Shown: one piece after another, positions 8,871 to 16,584 of the stretch
Layout of the letters: each line of letters starts with the position of its first letter
Numbering within the stretch: position 1 is the stretch's first letter
Source of the DNA: Candidatus Micrarchaeota archaeon
Lineage (GTDB): Archaea; Micrarchaeota; Micrarchaeia; Norongarragalinales; Norongarragalinaceae
DNA: 45,630 nt
Direction of reading: 5' to 3'
Assembly (NCBI GenBank): GCA_964477205.1
Contig: CAYZDE010000002.1
Coordinates: 3,653 to 49,282, forward strand
Notes under the pieces: generated by a model
What the model was told of the DNA's origin: nothing
The model's input: only the letters and a program-made list of their open reading frames with translations
Databases searched by the model: none
Made by a program: the position numbers and the translations under genes

Positions 8871-8882
8871 CGAGTCCACTAT
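8871..8882 (+). repeat. Direct repeat copy 2 (CGAGTCCACTAT)
   Basis: Exact copy of 8214-8225. It lies at the point where base composition returns to the local norm and contains the first two bases of the likely GNAT start codon (ATG 8881). Confidence 0.6.
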
Positions 8883-9426
8883 GCGCACGATTCTCGAAGG
8901 CGAGCGGTTGCGCTTGCGACCGCTGGAAGAAAGCGACGAGGACGCGGTTTACGAGGGCGCGCGGCACGAGGAAATCGCCCGTTACACCCTCCGCATCCCA
9001 CACCCTTACCCGCGAGAGTCCTGCCTCCCATTCATTAAGAGGAAGATAGCGGAGTTCAAGGAAGGCAAAGCCTACTCATTCGCCGTCGAACTCGAAGGCA
9101 AGCTAATCGGAATTGTGGGGTTGCACGATTTCAGTGCGACCGACAAAAGCGCGAAAATCGGATATTGGCTGAATAAGGACTACTGGGGAAAGGGCTACGC
9201 CACGGAAGCCACGCGCCTCGCCCTCGAATTTGCTTTCGAGGACTTGGGATTGCACCGCGTTGAAGGCGGCGCGTTCGCGGAAAACAAGGCGAGCCAGCGT
9301 GTACAGGAGAAGCTCGGATTTAAGCGAGAGGGCGTTCGAAGGGAAGCCATCTACCGGAACGATTCCTGGCACGATCGCGTCGTAATGGGAATCCTCGCAA
9401 GCGAATTTAAACGCGGACGCGCTTAA
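8881..9426 (+). CDS. GNAT-family N-acetyltransferase (RimJ/RimL-like)
   Basis: ERLRLRPLEESD start, IGIVGLHDF..., GYWLNKDYWGKGYATEA and HRVEGGAFAENKASQRVQEKLGFKREG are typical of RimJ/L-type acetyltransferases. The start is taken at ATG 8881; the track ORF starts at 8836 inside the AT-rich DNA. Confidence 0.8.
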   Translation: MRTILEGERLRLRPLEESDEDAVYEGARHEEIARYTLRIPHPYPRESCLPFIKRKIAEFKEGKAYSFAVELEGKLIGIVGLHDFSATDKSAKIGYWLNKDYWGKGYATEATRLALEFAFEDLGLHRVEGGAFAENKASQRVQEKLGFKREGVRREAIYRNDSWHDRVVMGILASEFKRGRA

Positions 9427-9434
9427 TTACCATC

Positions 9435-10274
9435 GTGGCGAAAAGAAAAAAGAAGGGCGCGTTGAACGCTGCGTGGCGGTTTTTGAAGTGGCTAGCCCGC
9501 AGCGCGTGGTGGATAGCCAAGAAAACGGTTTCACTAGCTTGGAGAGTAATAAAGGCGCTAGCCGGCGCGGCTATCGGCCTCATTAGAAAACAAAAAGTCA
9601 AGGCGGCGAAGCCAAAGGGCTCGGCGCGATTCGATTCATTCAAGGCGGTTACCGTTGAAGCCGGCTCGCTGGCTTCCCTCGAGGGGTTCTTGTACGAGAA
9701 GAAGAGCACGGTCGGCTTGATTCTAGGCGCGCGGGGGAGCGGCAAGAGCGCGCTTGGGTTGCGCGTGCTAGAGAACGCTGCCGCCAAAGGGCGGCGCGTG
9801 TGCGCGCTGGGCTTCAAGGAGGGCGCGGTTCCGTCGTGGGTGCGCGTGGTTGACTCGCCGGAAGTGCCGAATGGTTCTTTCCTGCTCGTAGACGAGGGAG
9901 GTATTTCGTTCAGTTCGCGTAGCTCCATGAGCTCTGCTAACAAACTATTATCGAGCTTGTTATTCGTGGCGAGGCATAAGGACTTGAGTGTTTTGTTCAT
10001 TACGCAGAACTCGGCGAATTTGGAAGTGAACACGCTGCGGCAAGCGGATTACTTATTGTTAAAGAAGCCGTCGCTCTTGCAGCGCGACTTCGAGCGCAAG
10101 AAAATCAACGAGATATACGATAATGCCTCCGGCGGGTTCAAAGAAAACTCGAAGAACAAGGGGTTGTTTTACGCTTACTCCGACGCGTTCCGCGGCTTCG
10201 CGTCGAACACGCTACCCTCGTTTTGGAGTGACGCGGCGAGTAAGTCCTTCAAAAAAACTAAACTGGGAAAGTAA
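9435..10274 (+). CDS. Membrane-anchored P-loop NTPase with Zot-like motif order
   Basis: A basic, hydrophobic N terminus (WWIAKKTVSLAWRVIKALAGAAIGLI) is followed by Walker A GARGSGKS, Walker B FLLVDEGG, and then ARHKDLSVLFITQN. The order resembles the Zot/pI assembly-ATPase pattern hhhDE...HRH.G.Dhhh.TQ. GTG start. Confidence 0.45.
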   Translation: MAKRKKKGALNAAWRFLKWLARSAWWIAKKTVSLAWRVIKALAGAAIGLIRKQKVKAAKPKGSARFDSFKAVTVEAGSLASLEGFLYEKKSTVGLILGARGSGKSALGLRVLENAAAKGRRVCALGFKEGAVPSWVRVVDSPEVPNGSFLLVDEGGISFSSRSSMSSANKLLSSLLFVARHKDLSVLFITQNSANLEVNTLRQADYLLLKKPSLLQRDFERKKINEIYDNASGGFKENSKNKGLFYAYSDAFRGFASNTLPSFWSDAASKSFKKTKLGK

Positions 10275-10769
10275 TTACTCGAGTAATAATTCCGCGCCTT
10301 TCCCGTAATACTCCTTGATTAGGGAAACGACTATTTCCTTCGGCAGGGGTATGCGGTTGGCGTCGTGCTTGAACACGCGAACGCGCGTTACTTCCTCGCC
10401 GTTCTTGTAAGACTTGTTCACGCCGCGCAAGCGCACCGGGAGAAATAACTCATTCAACTGCTTTTCAGGGTCCGCTCCCGAATCAATTATTTTCACTTTC
10501 TTCTCGAGTAACTCGTCGAGTTTTCGCGCGACGCGGCCGCCCTTACCGATTAGCGCCGAGGGCGTCTTAGTGTAAATCGCGTAGAACGAGTCAAAGTCGC
10601 GGGCGCGCTCGAACGACGCGTCATCCAAAGGGTAATCCTGCTTGATTGAGTGTAATGCCCGCGACACCCGCAAGTCGTGTTCCGTGAACTCGCGCGAATC
10701 AACCTTGGCCTTGCAGCTCGCGCACAGCGCACTCGACTCTAGGCAAGCACTACAAAAAGGCAGTTCCAT
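10275..10769 (-). CDS. KH-domain protein (NusA-like) with an N-terminal Cys-rich zinc-ribbon-like segment
   Basis: CSACLESSALCASC at the N terminus, and a KH GxxG loop ALIGKGGRVARKL followed by KVKIID...DP, as in archaeal NusA. Confidence 0.5.
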   Translation of the reverse strand: MELPFCSACLESSALCASCKAKVDSREFTEHDLRVSRALHSIKQDYPLDDASFERARDFDSFYAIYTKTPSALIGKGGRVARKLDELLEKKVKIIDSGADPEKQLNELFLPVRLRGVNKSYKNGEEVTRVRVFKHDANRIPLPKEIVVSLIKEYYGKGAELLLE

Positions 10770-10820
10770 ATTTTCATAAAAATAAGGTTTAATGAAAAAT
10801 AAAAAGAGTTCGATTCGGGT

Positions 10821-11216
10821 TTACTTCTTCATGGTTAAGGTAACGCTCGAAACACGGCTCATTGACCCGTCCTCGTTCGTTAACTCCTCGGTTTCCACCT
10901 TGAATCCGGTTACTTCGAGCGCGTTGAAGAAACGGTTCTTCACGATTTGCGTTACGTCCACTGCTCGGGATATGGCTCGGCCGCGCGCCTTAACGACTAC
11001 TTCTTGCTCGCCGGAATTGAACTGCGTGACCACGGCGAGCACGTAAGTCATCACGTTCTTGCGCCCGATGTAAATTACCCCCGTGTGCGGCGGGCGTTGC
11101 GCGTGTGCGCCTAAGCCGGGAAGGCCTCCCGGGCGCTCGTGCATCGGGATTTCCTCAAGCGTTAATTCTCGCGTCTCTTCGGGACCCTGCGTTGATTGTA
11201 TTATTGGTTCTTCCAT
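10821..11216 (-). CDS. albA: Chromatin / RNA-binding protein Alba (with an N-terminal extension of about 40 aa if ATG 11216 is used)
   Basis: IYIGRKNVMTYVLAVVTQFNSGEQEVVVKARGRAISRAVDVTQIVKNRF matches the Alba core. Confidence 0.85.
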   Translation of the reverse strand: MEEPIIQSTQGPEETRELTLEEIPMHERPGGLPGLGAHAQRPPHTGVIYIGRKNVMTYVLAVVTQFNSGEQEVVVKARGRAISRAVDVTQIVKNRFFNALEVTGFKVETEELTNEDGSMSRVSSVTLTMKK

Positions 11217-11330
11217 TGTGTTTACTGCACCTCTCTAGTTCAAACGGCTAAAAGCCCAACAAGCCGCCAATTCCAACTTGCATTAATCGAAAGAGGCTTT
11301 TAACACTTGTTCAAACAAGCTCGCGCTGAA

Positions 11331-11376
11331 AAAATGAAAAAACAAGAAAAAAAAAGGTTAAAGGCTGTTTTCAGCC
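11331..11376 (-). terminator. Hairpin GGCTG-AAAA-CAGCC followed by long T runs (minus-strand sense)
   Basis: Read on the minus strand: ...GGGCTGAAAACAGCCTTTAACCTTTTTTTTTCTTGTTTTTTCATTTTTT. It overlaps the stop codon of the 11371-12204 gene. Confidence 0.4.
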
Positions 11377-12204
11377 CTTCGCGCCTTTGAGGTACAAGAG
11401 CGCGTTCTGTAGCATTTCGCGGCTAGTGGAACCCGGGTCAAAAGCGTAGTATAGCGTTTTCCCGGATAGGAACCCTTGCGACTCAATGACGCCGAATGTT
11501 GCAGGCGAAGTGGGCTTACCCATGTACGTGTCGATGTAAGCGAGCACGTTCGCATTAGAGGTCGGAAGCACATTCGTTAGGGTGCCGCTGAACTGGAAGT
11601 TCGTTATGCCGTTGAACATCGGGTGGTCCGGCGCGATTATCTTAAACTTGCCGTCGGCGTACACGCGGCTCTGGCCGGTTTTCTCGTGCATTATCACGCC
11701 GCCGTAAGTAACGGGCATGACGTCGCCGAGGAGGCCTATGCCGATGTCCCAGCCAAGGGCGTTCGGGTCATCGTTAACGCGCGTGCACGCGTCTCCGACG
11801 ACGACGAGCTTTCCGCCCGACTTAACGCGGTTCGTTATGGCCGCGCGTGCCGTGCGGTCGCACACCGTCGCGCCTTGTAGAATAATGATGTCAAAGTTCT
11901 CTAGCGAGCCGGGCACTACCGCTTCCTGGTTAATGGAACCCGCGTAAGTGATGCCTGCTTGGCGCATGGTCTCCGCCTTCAAGTTGTACTCGAGTTGAGG
12001 CGAAGCGCTGCCTATTACGAGAACCTTAATGTAAGGAGCCGGGAACAAAGAGCCCACGACGGGCATGGAGTGTAAGTCCACGTAACCCAGCTTTCCAGCG
12101 ATGAAAACCGCTAGAACTAAAATCAAGACTAAGGGAATTAAACTTTCCCCGTAACTTTGTTGTCCTCGTTTTCGAGTGTTATTAACCATTTTCGGCATCA
12201 CCAT
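11371..12204 (-). CDS. Membrane-anchored protein with a class-I glutamine-amidotransferase-like (ThuA/DUF1355-like) fold suggested
   Basis: An N-terminal TM helix (LIPLVLILVLAVFIAGKL) is followed by alternating beta-alpha segments (KVLVIGS..., FDIIILQG..., KLVVVGD). The family call is tentative. Confidence 0.35.
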   Translation of the reverse strand: MVMPKMVNNTRKRGQQSYGESLIPLVLILVLAVFIAGKLGYVDLHSMPVVGSLFPAPYIKVLVIGSASPQLEYNLKAETMRQAGITYAGSINQEAVVPGSLENFDIIILQGATVCDRTARAAITNRVKSGGKLVVVGDACTRVNDDPNALGWDIGIGLLGDVMPVTYGGVIMHEKTGQSRVYADGKFKIIAPDHPMFNGITNFQFSGTLTNVLPTSNANVLAYIDTYMGKPTSPATFGVIESQGFLSGKTLYYAFDPGSTSREMLQNALLYLKGAKG

Positions 12205-12247
12205 TAACTGTAATCTAAAGAGGGCTTTATTCGTTTAAAAACATTAC

Positions 12248-13516
12248 TTACTCACTTTTTTTCACTTTCTCGGCGGCATCCGCCACGCTCGAGAGCGACT
12301 CGCTCCCCGAACGCAAGTCTTTCAGCTTCACTTTACCGGATTCTAGTTCTTGTGGACCTACGAACGCGACGAATGGAATGCCTTGCTTGCCGGCCCAATT
12401 CGCGTTCTTCGAAGGCGAGCGAGCGGACAAGTCGACTAGCGCGTTTACGCCGAACGACCTGAAGTCACGGGCAACGCCGAAAGCGTCACTCAAATTAATC
12501 TTAATCGGGGCCACTAGGACGCGCGCAACGGACTTTAAAGAGCCCGCTTCGAGCGCTTCGCATAAAACGTCGAGCCCGAATGAAATGCCCACGGCGGGCA
12601 ACTCGCGACCGCAAAAAGAAGCGACTAATTCATCGTATCGGCCGCCCCCGGCAACGCTCGAATTAACCGGCCCTTTCCTAACGAACGCCTCGAAGACGAT
12701 TCCAGTGTAATAATTCAAGCCCCTGGCCAAACTCGCGCGCAATTGAATGAAGTCGGACGGCGTGCCCGCGGCTTCGGCTAAATCAATGAACTCGCGCAGC
12801 TCTTTCGCGCCGGGCAATCCCTTGACGCGCTCTAGGAACGCTTCGTTACCCAAGGCGTCGAGTTCGGCGAACTCTTCCAATAATTTCCCTGCGTTTTTCA
12901 AACCCAAAGCGATTAACTCTTCCTTAACCACTTCGTCACCGAGCTTCTCCAACTTATCCAAAGAGAGTATCGCCTTCTCTTGTTTTTGCTTGGGCACTCC
13001 CGCCTTGTCCAGAAGAGCATTCAATAATACTCGATTGTTCACTGCGAGGTAAGCATCCATTTCGAGCTCGGCGAACGCGTCCGCAGCCATCGCAGCTATC
13101 TCTGCTTCCGCCTGCACGCCCTTCACGCCGAGGCAGTCAACGTCGCACTGCGTGAACTCGCGGTACCTGCCCTTCTTAATCGGGCCGTCCCGCCAAACGC
13201 GCTCGACTTGATACCGCTTGAACGGCAAGGCAAGGTTAGAGTTCGCCGCTACAACGCGGCATAACGGCACGGTCAAGTCGTAACGCAATCCCAACTCTCG
13301 GCCCCCTTGGTCGGACAACTTGTAAGTTTCCTTTGCTATGTCCGCGCCTTCAGCGTACTTATTCAATAATACTTCAAGATTCTCTATGGCCGGCGTGCCC
13401 AGCGGATTGTAACCGTAACGCTCGAAAACGCGCTTAAACACCGCGACCACGCGCTCGCGCCGAATCGCATCTTCAGGCAGGAAGTCACGCATTCCCTTAA
13501 CGGGCGTCAAGTCCAT
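12248..13516 (-). CDS. hisS: Histidyl-tRNA synthetase
   Basis: Class II motifs: VKGMRDFLPED, RYDLTVPLCR, FKRYQVERVWRDGP..GRYREFTQCDVD, GGGRYDEL; C-terminal anticodon-binding domain. Confidence 0.95.
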   Translation of the reverse strand: MDLTPVKGMRDFLPEDAIRRERVVAVFKRVFERYGYNPLGTPAIENLEVLLNKYAEGADIAKETYKLSDQGGRELGLRYDLTVPLCRVVAANSNLALPFKRYQVERVWRDGPIKKGRYREFTQCDVDCLGVKGVQAEAEIAAMAADAFAELEMDAYLAVNNRVLLNALLDKAGVPKQKQEKAILSLDKLEKLGDEVVKEELIALGLKNAGKLLEEFAELDALGNEAFLERVKGLPGAKELREFIDLAEAAGTPSDFIQLRASLARGLNYYTGIVFEAFVRKGPVNSSVAGGGRYDELVASFCGRELPAVGISFGLDVLCEALEAGSLKSVARVLVAPIKINLSDAFGVARDFRSFGVNALVDLSARSPSKNANWAGKQGIPFVAFVGPQELESGKVKLKDLRSGSESLSSVADAAEKVKKSE

Positions 13517-13611
13517 AATGAATTACCTCCAAGACAACACTGCACGCTAGTTAAAAAAGAAGTGATAACGAAAACGAGTTTTCTTTGGTCAATACTTTCT
13601 TTTTTAAAAGA

Positions 13612-13631
13612 AAGTTTGAGGGCGAAGGCCG
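13612..13631. repeat. Direct repeat copy A (AAGTTTGAGGGCGAAGGCCG), a displaced copy of the tRNA-His 3' end plus trailer
   Basis: A 20-nt exact match to 13831-13850. A further 16-20 nt of imperfect similarity (T-rich hairpin) lies on the low-coordinate side. Confidence 0.7.
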
Positions 13632-13768
13632 AGGATATAAGCCGTAGGGGGGAAGTTTCCCCCCGGCGCTTATTCGAGCGGTTCGCAAGGAACCGCGAAA
13701 GCTGCGAACCGCAACTTTTGCGAACCTGTGCGGTTCGCTCAATCCACCGACCCCCCTCTAAGTATCCT
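13632..13768. other. GC-rich, highly self-complementary segment of unknown nature between the two tRNA-His 3'-end copies
   Basis: AGGATA (13632-37) and TATCCT (13763-68) are complementary termini. There is a GGGGGG-AAGTTT-CCCCCC hairpin plus a third CCCCCC at 13751-56. Four interleaved copies of GCGGTTCGC and GCGAACC(GC) occur at 13678, 13703, 13720 and 13730. Confidence 0.3.
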
Positions 13769-13830
13769 ATGAAAAAGTCAAGAAAACTAGTCGGTTTCTT
13801 TTTCATCAAAGTTTTTCTTTTTGAAAGAAA

Positions 13831-13850
13831 AAGTTTGAGGGCGAAGGCCG
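13831..13850. repeat. Direct repeat copy B (AAGTTTGAGGGCGAAGGCCG), covering the 3' acceptor strand and first T-stem bases of the intact tRNA-His plus 9 nt of trailer
   Basis: Exact 20-mer shared with 13612-13631. Confidence 0.7.
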
Positions 13851-13914
13851 GGATTTGAACCCGGGTCAAAGGAACCACAATCCCCCATGCTAACCAAGCT
13901 GCACTACCTTCGCC
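13840..13914 (-). tRNA. tRNA-His (anticodon GTG) with genome-encoded G-1
   Basis: Minus-strand reading: G(-1)-GCGAAGG-TA-GTGC-AGCTTGGTTA-GCAT-G-GGGGA-TTGTGGT-TCCTT-TGAC-CCGGG-TTCAAAT-CCCGG-CCTTCGC-C. The extra 5' G opposite discriminator C is the His identity feature. Confidence 0.9.
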
Positions 13915-14018
13915 ATTAAATGATGCAATGAAGGCGATACCCCAGAATAGTGCTTAGTCGAGCGTCATTGATGAAGGTAACCGCCTTTCACTTTCAACCA
14001 CTCTATTAAAAGCGCGTT

Positions 14019-14675
14019 ATGAAGTATTTAACCGTTACCAAAATGGAGAAATTATACTGGCTGGATGCCTACCAAAAGGAATGCGACGCGCAAGTGACTC
14101 AAGTTGACGCGAACAAGGTTTACCTCGACCGCACAGTGGCGTTCGCGTTCAGCGGCGGGCAGGAAAGCGACACCGCGTTCGTCAACGAAGTGGAACTCGC
14201 GGAATTAATCGCCGAAGGCAACGAAACCTCCCACGCTTTTTCCGATGCACCTTCCCTTAAGGAAGGGGACGAGGTTAAAGTGCGGATTGACTGGGAGAAG
14301 CGGGATTGTATCATGCGCTTGCACTCGGCGGCGCACATCTTGCATTATTTTGTTTTAGAGGCAATCGGCGACCAAAAGCCGATCGGCTCGAATGTAACAC
14401 GGGATAAGGCGCGCGTTGATTACGCTTACTCCGAGAGCGTCGGGCCGTTATTGCCTACAATCGAGGAGAAAGTGAACGCGTTCAACGCGGCCGGCCACGA
14501 AATCAAGACGTTTGATGACCCTGAAAAACCCGGTCGCCGCCTTTGGGCGTGCGACCAATGGCTAATGCCTTGTGGGGGGACGCACGTGAAGAACACTAGC
14601 GAGATTGGGGCTTTGCGCTTGAAGCGCAAGAACACGGGCGCCGGGAAAGAGCGCGTGGAAGTCAGTTTGCAGTGA
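14019..14675 (+). CDS. alaX: AlaX-type trans-editing protein (Ser/Gly-tRNA(Ala) deacylase)
   Basis: Editing-domain zinc motifs HSAAHILH and CGGTHV. The alternative start ATG 14043 (MEKLYWLDAY) fits the family N terminus and a TATA-like box at about 14001-14008. Confidence 0.8.
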   Translation: MKYLTVTKMEKLYWLDAYQKECDAQVTQVDANKVYLDRTVAFAFSGGQESDTAFVNEVELAELIAEGNETSHAFSDAPSLKEGDEVKVRIDWEKRDCIMRLHSAAHILHYFVLEAIGDQKPIGSNVTRDKARVDYAYSESVGPLLPTIEEKVNAFNAAGHEIKTFDDPEKPGRRLWACDQWLMPCGGTHVKNTSEIGALRLKRKNTGAGKERVEVSLQ

Positions 14676-15591
14676 CTTCAAAGCAGCGGTCTTGATTTGA
14701 CTCAACCCACTTGGTCGCCTCGGTGAACCTTAGCGACTCGGTGTTCAAGTCCAAAGGCGCCTCGCTCACGGCCCAAGAGACCGACCCGAATTCCGGAGAA
14801 TTCACGACTATCCAATACAGGCCCGCTTCCAACTCCGTGTTCACTTCCAAATCGAACCAATTATAATTGAATTCGTGGAGGCTTGGAACGCCCAGGTAAG
14901 CGACTAGCTCGCCGGGTTTACCACCCTCGTCGCGCGCTACGGCCACGAGGACCTCCGCTTCGGCGCCAATGGATCCCTTGAGTTGCACGCTCGCGCGCTT
15001 GACTGTCACCGGGTTGTCGAGGGTGAAGCGCTGGGCGAGTATCTCGCCGCCAGTCAACTCGCCGTCTGACGGGCTCGATGCCTTGTTTTCAATCGGGTAA
15101 ACTTGCATGGTGAACGATTGCTTGGCTTCACTGGCCTTCGTACCGTCAGCGTAGAGTACGCGCGCGATTACTTCCATGTCGTGCTCGCCGTCGTACTCGG
15201 CTACCCAATCAAGGGATAATTCTTCTTCGCTAGCATCGAACTCGAGTTTCGTGGAAGCGTACTCGACGCCGTCATCCATTAGTACTACTTCGCCTTCGGT
15301 GAACTCGGGTGCCTTGAATAATACGGTGAATTCGACGGTTCCGCTTTGGGAGAGAACCGAGTACTCGGGGAGTAACCCTAACTTGATTGAGGGAGTGTAC
15401 TCTGGCGCGTCCGGCTTCGCGATTGACGGGACCGTAGTCGGCTCTTCGGTTGCCTGGATCGTCGCTTGCTCTGTTGCAGATGCAATCGGGCCTAGCGACG
15501 GGCTCGCTTCTGCAATAGCCGCTGGCTCTCCCGGGGAAACGCAACCGAACAATAGCAACGAGGCTAATAGTAATACTAGTACTTGCTTCAA
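14662..15591 (-). CDS. Secreted, lipoprotein-like protein (paralog 1 of a tandem pair)
   Basis: Signal peptide ending in a lipobox-like LLFGC, a low-complexity linker, then beta-rich domains. The C-terminal half aligns by eye with the neighbouring ORF (SFTMQVYPI / SFLVQVTPI; LEAGLYWIVV / LEPGKYWILL). Confidence 0.6.
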   Translation of the reverse strand: MKQVLVLLLASLLLFGCVSPGEPAAIAEASPSLGPIASATEQATIQATEEPTTVPSIAKPDAPEYTPSIKLGLLPEYSVLSQSGTVEFTVLFKAPEFTEGEVVLMDDGVEYASTKLEFDASEEELSLDWVAEYDGEHDMEVIARVLYADGTKASEAKQSFTMQVYPIENKASSPSDGELTGGEILAQRFTLDNPVTVKRASVQLKGSIGAEAEVLVAVARDEGGKPGELVAYLGVPSLHEFNYNWFDLEVNTELEAGLYWIVVNSPEFGSVSWAVSEAPLDLNTESLRFTEATKWVESNQDRCFEVTAN

Positions 15592-15637
15592 GTCAAACCA
15601 CCTGCAATTCAGATATGCTTCAAGGTTTAAAATGGTT

Positions 15638-16537
15638 TTACTCGTTGGTAACCCGATAGAATTTATCCCGCGAGTCGCTTAGCCACTCCCCACCGTAACG
15701 GTAAACCGAGTCACTTGACTCATCCTCTCCGTACAAGTCACAGTGCCACTCGAACTCACCCATCGTCGTCAAGAGAATCCAGTACTTACCGGGTTCCAGC
15801 GACGCGTTCAATCCAACCGAATACCACGCGGGGAGCTCGGGCACGCCCGCGACGTCGTAATTATTATAGTAAAGCGGCTGGCCCGGGACGCCGTCGTCGT
15901 CAACGCACAACTCGAATTGGATTGCCGCGTCCGCCTTTTTCATCCCGTAAAAGGAAACGCGCGTTATTTCCAAAGCGCGTTCGATTGTGAACGATTGCGC
16001 GGCCTTGCTTGAAGAGTTCACGGAGCGGTTCTCGAACTCGTTACGGTAGTAGGAAATGGGCGTGACTTGCACGAGGAAAGAGCGCTCGATTGAATCGTAC
16101 TCCGAGCCGTTCGCGTAGTAAACCTTTGCTTCAGAAGAGTAAACCGAGTCGCCGACGCGAAGCGCGGGAATTGAATAGGATAAGTGAAGTGGCTCTCCCT
16201 TAACGGCCGAGTGCTCACCCACTGGGTCTTCGCCGGCGTAAACCTTGATTTCAGCGTAAGATAAGTTCCCTTCACCTTCCGGCAACTCGAAGTCCACGGT
16301 GAAGTCTACTTCGTCTCCCAAGCGCGCGGTTGACTCGCCGGAAAGCAACTCGAATAGGATAACGGGCTCGAAAGCAATTGGCGAGGGAGTAGGAATAGTG
16401 AAGTTCACTTCGGGAACTTCCACGCTCACGTTCAACGAGGCATTCGTGCAGTTGCCGCCAACGCATAACTCGGTCTGCGTAACGCAGCCCATCAAGAACA
16501 AAGCCGCAACGGCGGCGAACAATAATTTGAAACGCAT
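15638..16537 (-). CDS. Secreted, lipoprotein-like protein (paralog 2 of a tandem pair)
   Basis: Signal peptide with LFLMGC, and the same domain order as 14662-15591. Confidence 0.6.
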   Translation of the reverse strand: MRFKLLFAAVAALFLMGCVTQTELCVGGNCTNASLNVSVEVPEVNFTIPTPSPIAFEPVILFELLSGESTARLGDEVDFTVDFELPEGEGNLSYAEIKVYAGEDPVGEHSAVKGEPLHLSYSIPALRVGDSVYSSEAKVYYANGSEYDSIERSFLVQVTPISYYRNEFENRSVNSSSKAAQSFTIERALEITRVSFYGMKKADAAIQFELCVDDDGVPGQPLYYNNYDVAGVPELPAWYSVGLNASLEPGKYWILLTTMGEFEWHCDLYGEDESSDSVYRYGGEWLSDSRDKFYRVTNE

Positions 16538-16584
16538 TCAAACCCTCCAATAGGAACAAGAGGAAAACAAGTTAAAAAAGACGC

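Noticed and set aside
9407-10033. Long antisense ORFs opposite well-supported genes (9407-10033, 21534-22130, 23302-24009, 6883-7371, 1635-2366, 35290-35721 and others in the track)
   Set aside because: Each lies opposite a gene with clear family motifs and has a compositionally biased translation (Arg/Ser/Pro/Ala-rich), as is typical of antisense frames.
13507-13878. ORFs 13507-13878 (minus), 13551-13742 (minus) and 13562-13858 (plus) in the hisS / tRNA-His spacer
   Set aside because: They overlap each other on both strands, cross the tRNA-His gene and the duplicated tRNA 3' end, and translate repeats and hairpins. They have no coding-like features.
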